Notes: generated by a model not told the origin, from the letters alone. A stretch of 64,000 bases of DNA from an uncultured Nitrosopumilales archaeon (GCA_964373125.1 CAYJSN010000008.1:4244-68243); one strand, 5' to 3'; positions 1 to 9,898 are shown, counted from the stretch's first letter. Numbers and translations are program-made.

Positions 1-791
1 CCTACAGCGAGATGGCTGCGCTGCAGCACTTCGGCCCCGGCATAGAGCTCGAGCCGTGCAGGACACTCTCCGACGTGTTCGAGGTGGTGGAGGGCGGCAG
101 GGCAGACCATGCCATAGTGCCGATAGAGAACTCGATCGAGGGCAGTGTCAATGAAACCTACGACCTGCTTCTGAAGACCAAGCTGATGGTGAGCAGCGAG
201 GTCTACCTACGGGTGGTGCACTGCCTGATCGGCATGAGCGATAGCAGGGCTGAGGAGATAAAGATCGTCTACTCGCACCCGCAGGCCCTCGGCCAGTGCA
301 GGGAGTTCATCAGGTCGCGCGGGCTCGAGGCGATCCCGTTCTACGACACGGCCGGCGGCGTGAAGATGCTGAAGCAGCTGGAGCTGAAGGAAGCAGCGGC
401 GATAGCGGGCGAACGGGCGGCAGAGACCTACGGCATGAAGATACTCGCAAGGGGCATAGAGGACAGCAAGAACAACTACACGAGGTTCCTAGTCCTAGGC
501 TGGAATGATGCAGAACCTTCTGGAAAAGACAAGACTCTGGTGATATTCACCACCAAGCATGTGCCGGCCGCGCTCTACAAAGCGATAGGAGAGTTCGCCG
601 AGAGGAACATCAGCCTGACGATGATAATGTCCAGGCCGACGAAGGAGAAGCCCTGGGAGTACAACTTTTACGTTGACTTTGAGGGGCACAGGTCAGATGC
701 AAATGTGAGAGAATGCTTGGAGCGCCTGAGGGCGAGGACGACGTTCCTGAAGGTGATCGGATCCTATCCCAGGTTCGAAGGCAAAAAGTAA
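1..791 (+). CDS. pheA: Prephenate dehydratase, 5' end cut by window edge
   Basis: Frame is open to nt 3. PDT-domain strings HAIVPIENSIEGSV and NNYTRFLVLG, then an ACT-type C-terminus (LTMIMSRP...WEYNFYVDFEGH). First residues align to the interior of full-length PheA. Confidence 0.85.
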   Translation, partial: YSEMAALQHFGPGIELEPCRTLSDVFEVVEGGRADHAIVPIENSIEGSVNETYDLLLKTKLMVSSEVYLRVVHCLIGMSDSRAEEIKIVYSHPQALGQCREFIRSRGLEAIPFYDTAGGVKMLKQLELKEAAAIAGERAAETYGMKILARGIEDSKNNYTRFLVLGWNDAEPSGKDKTLVIFTTKHVPAALYKAIGEFAERNISLTMIMSRPTKEKPWEYNFYVDFEGHRSDANVRECLERLRARTTFLKVIGSYPRFEGKK

Positions 792-803
792 TCCGTTGAC
801 TTG

Positions 804-2237
804 CTACATCACGTCAACGTCGTGCGGCATGCTCTCCATGTAGCCAGCCGTGGTCATCCTGATGAAGGTGGCGTTCTTCTGCATCTCGGGTATCGTGCTC
901 GCGCCGCAGTAGCTCAGCCCGGAACGCAGGCCGCCCGCCAGCTGGCGTATGATATCGACGACGCTCCCCTTGTACTCCACCATCGCCTCGACTCCCTCTG
1001 GAACATAATCATTGAGGTCCCCCTCGATCGGGAGCCCGCCCTCCTCGCGCATCTTCCTGCCCAGCGATGCATAGAACGACGCCATGCCGCGGTAGATCTT
1101 GAACCGCTTGCCGTTCTTTGTCAGGTACGCCCCGGGGCTCTCGTCGGTTCCCGCAAGCAAACTGCCGGCCATCACGGTCGACGCGCCAGCAGCAAGAGCT
1201 TTGGTGACGTCACCCGGGTTCCTTATGCCGCCGTCGGCTATCACCGGTATATCATACTCCTTTGCGACCTTTGCGCAGTCCATTATCGCCGTGAGCTGCG
1301 GCACGCCGGAGCCGGTTATGATCCTAGTTATGCAGATCGAGCCCGAGCCTACACCGCACTTGACGGCATCGATGCCAATGTCGATGAGGTCCTTGGCGCC
1401 ATCCTCCGTAGCCACGTTTCCTGCTATTAGTTCACAGTCGGGGAACGCCTTCTTTATCAGCCTGCAGGCGTTGAGCGCGTTCTCGCTGTGGCCGTGCGCT
1501 ATGTCCACCACGATCGTGTCTGCGCCGGCCTCCAAGAGTGCCTCCGCCCGCTCCATAAAGTCACCCTTCACGCCAACTGCTGCACCGACGAGCAACCGGC
1601 CCTTCTTGTCCTTGGACGCCAGCGGGTACTGCTCCATCTTGGTTATGTCCTTGCCGGTTATCAGGCCCCTGACGCGCCTCTCGCCGTCGACCAGCGGCAG
1701 CTTCTCGATCCTGTGCTTGCGCAGTATCTCCTTCGCGTCCTCGATCGGGATGCCGTACTCGGCCGTCACGACGTTCCTCGTCATCACGTCCGATACCTTG
1801 CGCTGCAGGTTGGTCTCTAACTGCACGTCCTTCCTAGTCACGATCCCGACCAGTTTGTTCCCGTCCTCGACCACCAGCAGCCCGGAAATGCCGTGATGCT
1901 GCATCGTCTCCCTAGTCTCCTTTATCGTCCTGTCCGGCCCGATGGTGTAGGGCTGCTCGATGATTATGCTCTCGGAGCGCTTCACCTTCCGGACCTCCTC
2001 GACCTGCTGCTCAACGGTCAGGAACCGGTGGATTACGCCGATCCCGCCCTCCCTTGCGAGCGCTATGGCCATGTTTGCCTCTGTTACCGTGTCCATGTTG
2101 GCGCTCACGATCGGAAGGTTGAGACTGATCCTTCTCGACAGCCTCGTCTTCAGGTTGGTGTGCGCCCTAGAAACAACGGCGGAGCGCTTTGGGACTAGCA
2201 GCACGTCGTCGAACGTTAGGCCTTCTCTTATTTCCAC
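804..2237 (-). CDS. guaB: IMP dehydrogenase
   Basis: 477 aa. N-terminus MEIREGLTFDDVLLVPKRS, inserted CBS pair, catalytic loop GVGSGSICITR. Confidence 0.95.
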   Translation of the reverse strand: MEIREGLTFDDVLLVPKRSAVVSRAHTNLKTRLSRRISLNLPIVSANMDTVTEANMAIALAREGGIGVIHRFLTVEQQVEEVRKVKRSESIIIEQPYTIGPDRTIKETRETMQHHGISGLLVVEDGNKLVGIVTRKDVQLETNLQRKVSDVMTRNVVTAEYGIPIEDAKEILRKHRIEKLPLVDGERRVRGLITGKDITKMEQYPLASKDKKGRLLVGAAVGVKGDFMERAEALLEAGADTIVVDIAHGHSENALNACRLIKKAFPDCELIAGNVATEDGAKDLIDIGIDAVKCGVGSGSICITRIITGSGVPQLTAIMDCAKVAKEYDIPVIADGGIRNPGDVTKALAAGASTVMAGSLLAGTDESPGAYLTKNGKRFKIYRGMASFYASLGRKMREEGGLPIEGDLNDYVPEGVEAMVEYKGSVVDIIRQLAGGLRSGLSYCGASTIPEMQKNATFIRMTTAGYMESMPHDVDVM

Positions 2238-2294
2238 CTAATCCCTCGCTAGTAATTTAGGTATGCCATTATAAGCGTTACCTCGGCTTATTTT

Positions 2295-2660
2295 CTATAC
2301 CGAGTTGTGTCTGAAGTGGCAGTGTTCCTCCATGCAGCTCCTGGAACAGAACAAAGCTTCGCAACTCTCTTCCCTGCAGGGAATCGGCTCCCTGTCGTTG
2401 AAGACTGCATTGCAGTAAACACAGAACGATTCAAGCTCTGGATAATTTTTATTCAGGTGATCCCCGCAGTTGCGCTTCTCCCTGAACCAGACGACCTCGA
2501 TCCTCCGCTTCTCGGCATAGGTCAGGACCGTATCGTAGGCCTCGTAGTAGCCCTCCGCCATGAACTGGCGTATGAAGGACTTGCCGTTCTTCCTGAAGCA
2601 GGCTAGCCACTTCTCCGGCAGGATGAGCTCGTCCTCGTTCTGCGCTATCTTCTTGCTCAA
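2295..2660 (-). CDS. Hypothetical Cys/His-rich zinc-binding protein (MYND/HIT-like spacing)
   Basis: 121-aa ORF in a GC3-rich frame. C-terminus CVYC-x11-C-x4-C-x4-C-x3-C-x3-HCH-x2-H. Confidence 0.6.
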   Translation of the reverse strand: MSKKIAQNEDELILPEKWLACFRKNGKSFIRQFMAEGYYEAYDTVLTYAEKRRIEVVWFREKRNCGDHLNKNYPELESFCVYCNAVFNDREPIPCREESCEALFCSRSCMEEHCHFRHNSV

Positions 2661-2712
2661 GGCGAAGAAGATCTGCAGAACACCTAGATTTAGCTTTTGG
2701 ATTTCTACTTAT

Positions 2713-3558
2713 TCATCCTCTGAGCACGGCCTCGGCCATCCTCACTGCCTGGATTGTGGCTGCAACGTTGTGGGTTCGTATCAGATGCGCGCCGTTGAGC
2801 ACGCAGATGGCCTCTGCCGCGATCGAGCCGAGGAGTCGCTCCTCCGGCTCTTCGATCCCGAGTACCCTGCCGATGAATGATTTCCTTGATACGGATACGC
2901 AGACCGGCTTCCGCAGGGCGTGCAGCCTCGAAAGGTTCCTCAGCAATAGAAGGTCCCTCTCCAGCCAGGTCGTGCTCTTCATCCTAGTGAAGAAGGGATG
3001 GTTGCCCTTACTCCTGAAGAAGCCTATCGCCGGATCCACCGCTATGCTGTCTGATCTTATCCCTGCCTCTCTGGCCAGCCTGATGCTTGCCTTCAGCGAG
3101 TTTATCGTCGTCCTGACGGGGTCGCCAGATACCGTGCGCTTCTCATACGCAGATACGATGAGGGAGGCACCGTGATCCGCAACGACCCTTCCCATATCCG
3201 GGTCGTACTTCAGGCCGGTCACGTCGTTCACAACCTCGGCCCCGAGGTTCAGTGCCGCGTCCGCAACCCTCGCCCTCGGCGTATCTACCGAGACCGGCAG
3301 GCCGCAGGCATCCCTCACAGCCTTGATTGCATGTCTCAGCCTGGCCGCCTCCTCCTCCGGCGGGATCACGGTCTTCAGGTAGGGCGCGGTTGACATCGCG
3401 CCGATATCTAACAGATCGGCGCCCTGCTCCGCCATCTCTCTTGCGGTTCTGGCTATCTCCCTCGCCGAGGTCTTTATCGATTGTTTGTAGAAGGACTCGG
3501 GGCTGACGTTGATCACGCCCATTACCCTGATCCTGCCCAACGAGCCGCTTATACGCAT
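2713..3558 (-). CDS. folP: Dihydropteroate synthase
   Basis: 281 aa. Pterin-binding domain strings VMGVINVSPESFY, DLLDIGAMSTAP, VNDVTG. Confidence 0.85.
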   Translation of the reverse strand: MRISGSLGRIRVMGVINVSPESFYKQSIKTSAREIARTAREMAEQGADLLDIGAMSTAPYLKTVIPPEEEAARLRHAIKAVRDACGLPVSVDTPRARVADAALNLGAEVVNDVTGLKYDPDMGRVVADHGASLIVSAYEKRTVSGDPVRTTINSLKASIRLAREAGIRSDSIAVDPAIGFFRSKGNHPFFTRMKSTTWLERDLLLLRNLSRLHALRKPVCVSVSRKSFIGRVLGIEEPEERLLGSIAAEAICVLNGAHLIRTHNVAATIQAVRMAEAVLRG

Positions 3559-3652
3559 ATGCTATAATTTCCTTCCCCATGGACATATTACTCCACCGAT
3601 CGGCGGATCAAATTGTTGATATGTGCGTCCGCCCATCCGGTGATCGAACAGT

Positions 3653-4405
3653 ATGAACTTGGAGGAGTGGCTGAAGCGCTACGACGGCATAAGGACGAAG
3701 TTCGGCTACAGCATAGTGGAGGACCAGAACGCTGCGATATTTCTGGGCGAGCTGCTGGAGGGCAGGGCGCTGGAGCCCAAGGTTCTGGCCGACATCATAT
3801 CTGACCGGGATGTTGTTGTGGTGGGGGCTGGCCCGTCGCTGGAGGACGCGCTTCAGAAATTGTCAGAGATCGGAGGTTTCAGGATGATAGCGGCCGATGG
3901 CGCAACACAGGCGCTCCTTGAGAACGGGATCAGGCCCGATGTCGTGGTAACCGATCTCGACGGAAGTCACGAACATCTGCTGCAGGCCGACAGGAAGAAC
4001 TCGGTAATGGTCGTGCACGCTCATGGTGACAATGTCAACCTGATGCGCAACCTCGTGCCGAAGATGCATAACTGTATAGGAAGCACGCAGGTCAAGCCGA
4101 TCAGGAACGTCTACAACTTTGGGGGCTTCACCGACGGAGATCGGGCCGTCTTCCTCGCGAGCGAGTTCAGGGCAAGGACGATCGTGCTGGCGGGCATGGA
4201 CTTTGGGGAAAAGATCGGCAGGTACTCCAAGACCGGGGTAAAAAATGAAAAGCTCAAGGTCGAGAAGATGGCCGTGGGCAAGGAATTATTGGAACGGCTC
4301 TCCACCTTCTCGGGCTCGGAGCTTTACAATACCTCGCCAAGCGTGATAAGAGGTTTCAGGAACATCTCCCTAGAGGAAGTTCGCTCGCTGATCCGCCGAG
4401 CATGA
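3653..4405 (+). CDS. mptE: MptE-like 6-hydroxymethyl-dihydropterin pyrophosphokinase (DUF115 family)
   Basis: 250 aa. VVVVGAGPSLED, IAADGATQALLENGIRPDVVVTDLDG, VVHAHGDN. Transcribed divergently from folP. Confidence 0.7.
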   Translation: MNLEEWLKRYDGIRTKFGYSIVEDQNAAIFLGELLEGRALEPKVLADIISDRDVVVVGAGPSLEDALQKLSEIGGFRMIAADGATQALLENGIRPDVVVTDLDGSHEHLLQADRKNSVMVVHAHGDNVNLMRNLVPKMHNCIGSTQVKPIRNVYNFGGFTDGDRAVFLASEFRARTIVLAGMDFGEKIGRYSKTGVKNEKLKVEKMAVGKELLERLSTFSGSELYNTSPSVIRGFRNISLEEVRSLIRRA

Positions 4406-4477
4406 ATCCTGCGGAAATAATAGTATGATCTTCAAAACACGAAAAGATTTTATGCTCCATGACCTGCGGTTGGAGCC

Positions 4478-4570
4478 ATGCCCAACGTCGGCACGCTTGT
4501 AATGGCCCTGGCACTGGCTATCGCATTTATCCTTATTGCGATTAGCGTATGGCGCGGCAACAGGGACTGA
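4478..4570 (+). CDS. Possible 30-aa hydrophobic micro-protein
   Basis: ATG-to-TGA reads MPNVGTLVMALALAIAFILIAISVWRGNRD (one TM helix plus a basic tail). Below the ORF-track cutoff. A/T-rich stretch about 50 nt upstream. Confidence 0.3.
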   Translation: MPNVGTLVMALALAIAFILIAISVWRGNRD

Positions 4571-4600
4571 TGCCCGGAACCAGCCAACTGTGGCGCCGAT

Positions 4601-4613
4601 TAAATTTATTATA
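4601..4613 (+). promoter_or_regulatory. TATA-like box for the 4637 gene
   Basis: taaatttattata centred about 30 nt upstream of the ATG at 4637, consistent with a leaderless or short-leader archaeal mRNA. Confidence 0.4.
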
Positions 4614-4636
4614 CCAGTGAACATTATCATCCTTAG

Positions 4637-5182
4637 ATGAGTTATTCTGAAGACGAAGTAAAACGGGTCGCGGAACTCAGGGAGTGGTTTGTCAAGCAGC
4701 TGAACGAGAAGGAGGACGAAGTGGCAAGGCTCAAGGCAGCACTAACCCTGATAGACGGAATGCTGAAGCAGGTCAGCTTCAGGCCCGCAGTAACATTAAG
4801 CCAGACGGCTGGCAAGGAGGTCACCGAGCACGGCGAGGCCAGGCCGCTGAAGACAAAGGACAACGTTGTACTTGCAAATGCATATACGTCACCGACCTCG
4901 GTCACGATCGTACCAGCAAGCCAGTTCAAACTTAGCACGAGCACGCCGCCCTTCCAGTCGTTCTTCCTCAGCAGGATACTGGAGGGTATGAAGGGCAAGG
5001 ATACCGAGCGTGTTGAGCTCGGCCAGCTGCGCAGCGATGAGATGATCAGCTACTCGATCGAGGAGGAGGACGGCGTCATCAAGAAGATCGTCGTCAACAA
5101 CTACAGGGAGAGGGAGCGGCTCAACGAGATACTCAACACCGCAACGTGGGTATTCGCCAGGATGCTGGAAAAAACAAGGTAG
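4637..5182 (+). CDS. Hypothetical protein with N-terminal coiled coil
   Basis: 181-aa ORF. TATA-like box 4601-4613 about 30 nt upstream of the ATG. Stop is 6 nt before guaA. No recognisable domain. Confidence 0.6.
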   Translation: MSYSEDEVKRVAELREWFVKQLNEKEDEVARLKAALTLIDGMLKQVSFRPAVTLSQTAGKEVTEHGEARPLKTKDNVVLANAYTSPTSVTIVPASQFKLSTSTPPFQSFFLSRILEGMKGKDTERVELGQLRSDEMISYSIEEEDGVIKKIVVNNYRERERLNEILNTATWVFARMLEKTR

Positions 5183-5188
5183 ATACCG

Positions 5189-6718
5189 ATGGACAAGATC
5201 ATAGTTCTGGACTTTGGCTCCCAGTACGCACACCTGATCTGCAGGAGGATAAGAGAGTGCAAGGTCTACTCCGAGCTCGTCCCGTACGGCATCTCGGCAG
5301 AGGAGTTGAGGAAGATGCAACCGACGGGGCTGATATTCTCGGGCGGTCCGGCGAGCGTCTACGAGCCCGGCGCGCCGAAGTGCGACAACAAGATCTTCGA
5401 TATGGGGTTGCCGATACTCGGCATCTGCTACGGCCATCAACTACTTGTGCACAGCTTCGGCGGCAAGGTGAAGCGTGCCAAGCGCGAGTACGGCTCCGCA
5501 GATCTTATGATCGATGATAAATCCGACCTCTTCAGCAACCTGGACTCCAAGATACGGTGCTGGATGAGCCACGCCGACGCGGCCGAGAACCTTCCCGACG
5601 GCTTCAAAATCCTGGCCCACACCGAGAACTCCTTTGCGGCGGCCATAGGCAACAAGGACAGGAAGGTTTACGGCATCCAGTTCCACCCCGAGGTCGCGCA
5701 CACCGAGCGAGGCTTGGACATACTGAAGAACTTCTCGACCAGGGTCTGCAGCGCCAGGCAGGAGTGGGATATGAAGAACTTTGTGGAGAGCACGGTGGAG
5801 GAGATCAGGAAGCAGGTAGGAAACGAGCCGGTCCTGTGCGCAACGAGCGGCGGTATTGACTCGACCGCAACTGCACTCATCCTGCACAGGGCCATAGGCG
5901 ATAGATTACGCTGCATCTTCGTGAACCACGGCCTGCTGAGGGAGGGCGAGGATGACGAGGTCGTGAGGATGTTCAAGGACAACTTCGGGATCAGGCTCAT
6001 CCACATCGATGCGCAGGAACGGTTCATGCGGCGGCTGAAAGGAATCACCGATCCGGAGCAGAAGCGCATGATAATCGGCGAGGAGTTCGCCAGGGTCTTC
6101 GAGGACGCCGTGAAGGAGCAGGGGCCGTTCCAGTGGCTGGCGCAGGGCACATTATATCCTGATGTGATAGAGAGCGGTGTATCGAAGGGCCCGGCCGCCA
6201 GGATCAAGGCGCACCACAATGTCGCAGGGCTGCCTGACTGGCTGAACCTGAAAGTAATAGAGCCACTGCAGAACCTCTACAAGGACGAGGTTAAGGAAGT
6301 AGCCAAGCTGCTCGGCATGCCCGATCATCTGATAAGGCGGCATCCGTTCCCCGGCCCCGGTTTAGCTGTTAGGATAATCGGCGATGTCACTAGGGAGAAG
6401 GTCGCGATCTGCAAGCATGCCAGCAGGATCGTAGAGGATGAGCTGGTGAAGGCCAACCTGTACGACAAGGTCTGGCAGGCATTTGCGATCGTAGGCGATG
6501 ACAAGGGAGTCGGCGTGCTCGGCGATGAGAGAGTATACGGCCACATCGTCACTGTAAGGATAGTCGAATCATTGGATGCTATGACTGCAGACTGGGCAAG
6601 GATACCCCACGACCTTATGGAGCGCATCAGCAACAGGATAACCAACGAGATCGAGGGCGTTACGTGGGTGACATACGCAATCTCAAGCAAGCCGCCGGCC
6701 ACGATCGAGCCGCAGTAG
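5189..6718 (+). CDS. guaA: GMP synthase (glutamine-hydrolysing), fused GATase + ATP-PPase
   Basis: 509 aa. GATase triad context GICYGHQ and QFHPEV, PP-loop SGGIDST, C-terminal dimerisation domain ending TIEPQ. Confidence 0.95.
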   Translation: MDKIIVLDFGSQYAHLICRRIRECKVYSELVPYGISAEELRKMQPTGLIFSGGPASVYEPGAPKCDNKIFDMGLPILGICYGHQLLVHSFGGKVKRAKREYGSADLMIDDKSDLFSNLDSKIRCWMSHADAAENLPDGFKILAHTENSFAAAIGNKDRKVYGIQFHPEVAHTERGLDILKNFSTRVCSARQEWDMKNFVESTVEEIRKQVGNEPVLCATSGGIDSTATALILHRAIGDRLRCIFVNHGLLREGEDDEVVRMFKDNFGIRLIHIDAQERFMRRLKGITDPEQKRMIIGEEFARVFEDAVKEQGPFQWLAQGTLYPDVIESGVSKGPAARIKAHHNVAGLPDWLNLKVIEPLQNLYKDEVKEVAKLLGMPDHLIRRHPFPGPGLAVRIIGDVTREKVAICKHASRIVEDELVKANLYDKVWQAFAIVGDDKGVGVLGDERVYGHIVTVRIVESLDAMTADWARIPHDLMERISNRITNEIEGVTWVTYAISSKPPATIEPQ

Positions 6719-6723
6719 GCCAG

Positions 6724-7761
6724 CTAGCTCCGCGAAATAAATTTTGTAACATCGGCGAGCCTAGGGGCTTTGATATCGGCACTAGATATGTAGAGGGCCG
6801 CGCAGGCATTTGCGAATAGCAACCTATCGCTCGCATCCATCTTACATAGATAGCCGATGATGTCGGCTGCGTCCCACACATCGCCGGCGCCCGTAGTTGT
6901 TCGCACTTCGACATCGAACGACTGCACAAAGACAGTCTCCCTGCCCGCAGAGCTTGCTACCCCGATCGGCGTGTGAAGATCAACTATCACTGACAGTTTG
7001 TCGGAGAGGCTCCTTGCCGCGTCGCCGACATCCTCGCCAGAGTAGCTTGCAGGCAGCGGCTCCATCCCGAGCGGCTCCATCAGCAGCCTGCACTCGTTCT
7101 CGTTTATGCTAAGCACATCAAGCTTACCGGCGAGCGTTTTCAGGCAGCTTACAAACTCTTCCTTCCTGCTGCCAAAGTCGGCCGGGTCTAGGTAACGCAA
7201 TACGCCCTTCCGTGCGCTCCTGAATGCCTTCAGCGCGAGTTCGGTCCCCCTCAGGTTGCTGGCCCAGTTCATTACCGCAACAGCGCTGGCGCTCCTCATC
7301 GCGGCGAGCTCGCGTCTTCCCAGCCTCTCGGGTCCGAAGTTTGCCGCGTCGCCGACATCGCTGACCATCACGTTGGACTTTCCGCCCCCGCGCGGCAGCT
7401 CGAGCGAGACCGTGTATCCAGGCCTGCCCTTCGCGATGAAGAGTCTGGAGTTTCGCATCGGTGAGAACCCGTTCCTCAGTATAGCCGAGCCGATGTCGTC
7501 CGCCATAGTTATGAGCGATGCTCTTGCGCCCAGCCTCGCGGCAGCGTAGGCAACGTTCACGGCATTCCCGCCCCGCACCTCCGCCTGCTCGATGCCGCGT
7601 ATGCTACCGCCCCCGGCATCCTTCTTGGAACTAATGGTGGAGAATAGGTTATCCAAGTCCTGACCGCCGAGTCGCACGATCCTGTCGATGAAAAAATCGT
7701 GCATCACGACCACCGGCCTGAGCGACCTTATCCTCTTGGCAAGGCTGCGGCTAGCTAGCAC
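6724..7761 (-). CDS. PfkB-family carbohydrate/nucleoside kinase
   Basis: 345 aa. GGNAVNVAYAAARLG near the N-terminus and TTGAGDVWDAA anion-hole motif near the C-terminus. Confidence 0.8.
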   Translation of the reverse strand: MLASRSLAKRIRSLRPVVVMHDFFIDRIVRLGGQDLDNLFSTISSKKDAGGGSIRGIEQAEVRGGNAVNVAYAAARLGARASLITMADDIGSAILRNGFSPMRNSRLFIAKGRPGYTVSLELPRGGGKSNVMVSDVGDAANFGPERLGRRELAAMRSASAVAVMNWASNLRGTELALKAFRSARKGVLRYLDPADFGSRKEEFVSCLKTLAGKLDVLSINENECRLLMEPLGMEPLPASYSGEDVGDAARSLSDKLSVIVDLHTPIGVASSAGRETVFVQSFDVEVRTTTGAGDVWDAADIIGYLCKMDASDRLLFANACAALYISSADIKAPRLADVTKFISRS

Positions 7762-7807
7762 CTGTATGAAAAATAGGGTTGAGTATTTTATCTTATGCCG
7801 TCGTTCT

Positions 7808-9490
7808 TTATCCTTCCATTCCCATGCCGCCCATCCCTTCCATGCCGCCCATGCCGCCTCCTCTAGGCGGTCCGGCAGGCATCTGGGGCTTGGACGCGGC
7901 TATCACATCGTCTATGCGCAGGATCATGTTTGCTGCCTCCGTTGCCGACTTCATTATCTGCGCCTTGACCGCAGCGGGCTCGATGACATCGAGCTTGTAC
8001 ATGTCGGCGACCTTCGTGTTCCTGACGTCCACGCCGATCCACTTGCCTCCCTTGCTCTGCTTCGACCTCAGCTCGGTCATGGTGTCGATCGGGTCCATTC
8101 CTGCGTTTTCTGCCAGCGTTACGGTTATTGTCTCCAGCGCGTCAGCGAACTGCTTCGCGGCAAGCTGCTCCCTTCCCGAGAGCTTGTTTGCCCACTCCCT
8201 CAGCTCGTTGGCTATGTAGCACTCGATGGCGCCGCCGCCGGCCACGATCGCCGGCTTCTCGAGCACGTCCTTGGTCACCATCAGCGCGTCGTGCATCGAC
8301 CTCTCGGCCTCGTCAACCACCCTCTGCAGCCCTCCGCGCACCAGGATGGTGATGGCCTTCGGGTCCTTGCACCCCTCGATGAAGACCCATTTGTCGGTCT
8401 CCACCTTCCGCTCCTCGACCAGCTCAGCGTGGCCGAGGTCCTTTGATGATAGTTCCTCGACATTGTTGATTATCTTCGCGCCGGTGGCCTTTGCGAGCTT
8501 GTACATGTCGCTTTCCTTCACCCGCCTCACCGTAAGTATGCCTGTCTTTGCGAGGTAGTGCTGCGCGATGTCGTCAATGCCCTTCTGGCAGATCAGGACG
8601 CTTGCGCCTGACTGCGCGATCTTGTCCACCATTGCCTTCAGCATCCTGTTCTCCTCGTCCAGGAACATCTTCATCTGCGTCGGGTCGCTGATCCTGATCT
8701 CAGCGCTCATCTCGGTCTTCTCGATCTCTAGCGCCGCGTTCAGGAGCACGATCTTTGCCTTCTCCACCTTCTTCGGCATACCGCCGTGCACGACCTCCTT
8801 GTCGAGCACTATGCCCCTGATCAGCTTGGTTTCCCTGATGGAACCGCCAGCCTTCTTCTCCACCTTGATGTTGTCCATATCGACCTTGTAGGTCTTGTCG
8901 GCCTTCTCGGCCACCTGCATCACAGCGTCCACGACTATCTCGGCCAGCAGCGGGCTTTCCTCGCTGACGAGCTTCGAGCCCATGCTGGTTATGGCTATCT
9001 TGAGGAGCGTCTTCCGGTCCTCGGGATCCACCTTTATGCTCACATCGTCGAGTACCTCCAGTACCTTCTCCAGCGCCGCCCTGTAGCCGTCCACGATTAT
9101 GATCGGGTGCACGTCCTTCCCGATCAGCTCCTCGGCCTTCTCGATCAGCGCCCCGGCCAGCACTACAGATGACGTGGTGCCATCGCCGACCTCGCTGTCC
9201 GTGGTCTTGGCGATCTCGACCATCATCTTTGCCGCGGGGTGCTGGACATCGATCTCCTTCAGTATCGTCGCGCCGTCGTTAGTTATCGTAACATCACCGA
9301 GCGTGTCTACGAGCATCTTGTCCATGCCTCTAGGCCCTAGTGCCGACTTGACGAGCTCGGCCACGAGCTTTGCAGCCATTATGTTGTTCTTCTGCGCCTC
9401 TCTGCCCTTGGTCTCCTTCGCTCCTTCCTTGAGGATGAGAACTGGCATTCCTCCACTGGTAGTAGCCTGTATTGCCGCCAAATTATTCAC
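7808..9490 (-). CDS. ths: Thermosome subunit (group II chaperonin)
   Basis: 560 aa. [31 protein letters not shown]-terminal GGM-type tail [20 protein letters not shown] start. Confidence 0.95.
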   Translation of the reverse strand: MNNLAAIQATTSGGMPVLILKEGAKETKGREAQKNNIMAAKLVAELVKSALGPRGMDKMLVDTLGDVTITNDGATILKEIDVQHPAAKMMVEIAKTTDSEVGDGTTSSVVLAGALIEKAEELIGKDVHPIIIVDGYRAALEKVLEVLDDVSIKVDPEDRKTLLKIAITSMGSKLVSEESPLLAEIVVDAVMQVAEKADKTYKVDMDNIKVEKKAGGSIRETKLIRGIVLDKEVVHGGMPKKVEKAKIVLLNAALEIEKTEMSAEIRISDPTQMKMFLDEENRMLKAMVDKIAQSGASVLICQKGIDDIAQHYLAKTGILTVRRVKESDMYKLAKATGAKIINNVEELSSKDLGHAELVEERKVETDKWVFIEGCKDPKAITILVRGGLQRVVDEAERSMHDALMVTKDVLEKPAIVAGGGAIECYIANELREWANKLSGREQLAAKQFADALETITVTLAENAGMDPIDTMTELRSKQSKGGKWIGVDVRNTKVADMYKLDVIEPAAVKAQIMKSATEAANMILRIDDVIAASKPQMPAGPPRGGGMGGMEGMGGMGMEG

Positions 9491-9588
9491 CCAGAATTAT
9501 TCACACCCCCGGTCTGTAATTTATAATTTTTCATATTCGGGGGCCCTGAGCTGTGGCATCGATGAGGCGCGCCTCTTGGCAGTGTATC

Positions 9589-9598
9589 TTTAAATTAT
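9589..9598 (+). promoter_or_regulatory. TATA-like box for the L44e-S27e operon
   Basis: tttaaattat centred about 27 nt upstream of the ATG at 9620. Confidence 0.45.
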
Positions 9599-9619
9599 GG
9601 TCGCCCCGTCACAACGGCG

Positions 9620-9898
9620 ATGAAGGTTCCGAAGGAGGTAAACACCTACTGCCCGAAGTGCAAGAAGCACACCGTACACACAATCAACCTCTACAAGAAG
9701 GGCAAGGACAGGGCGGCCGCGCTCGGCGCCAGAAGGCACGCCGAGGATAAGAAGGGCTACGGCGGCCAGAAGTTCCCCGAGCTGAAGCGCACGGCCAAGA
9801 CCACAAAGAAGCAGACTCTGCGCTACAAGTGCAAGGAGTGCGGCTACACGATCCAGAGGCACGGCATGAGGCTCAGGAAAATGGAGATCGTGGCATGA
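9620..9898 (+). CDS. rpl44e: Ribosomal protein L44e (eL42)
   Basis: 92 aa. MKVPKEVNTYCPKCKKHTVH...YKCKECG zinc ribbon. Very basic. Confidence 0.9.
   Translation: MKVPKEVNTYCPKCKKHTVHTINLYKKGKDRAAALGARRHAEDKKGYGGQKFPELKRTAKTTKKQTLRYKCKECGYTIQRHGMRLRKMEIVA

Noticed and set aside
4370-4630. 86-aa minus-strand ORF
   Set aside because: Overlaps the mptE 3' end, and after a short hydrophobic start its composition looks non-coding. The plus-strand 30-codon hydrophobic ORF is a better, though still weak, explanation of the region.
7810-7860. Short tandem repeat ccatgccgcc / cccatgcc at the thermosome 3' end
   Set aside because: It simply encodes the GGM-type C-terminal tail ([17 protein letters not shown]) characteristic of chaperonins, not an independent repeat element.
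7688-8446. 252-aa plus-strand ORF (also 7779-8219, 8226-8558, 8786-9172 and 9099-9593)
   Set aside because: All lie antisense or out of frame to the unmistakable thermosome gene. Their translations are Arg/Leu/His/Ser-rich low-complexity, typical of open antisense frames in GC-rich DNA.
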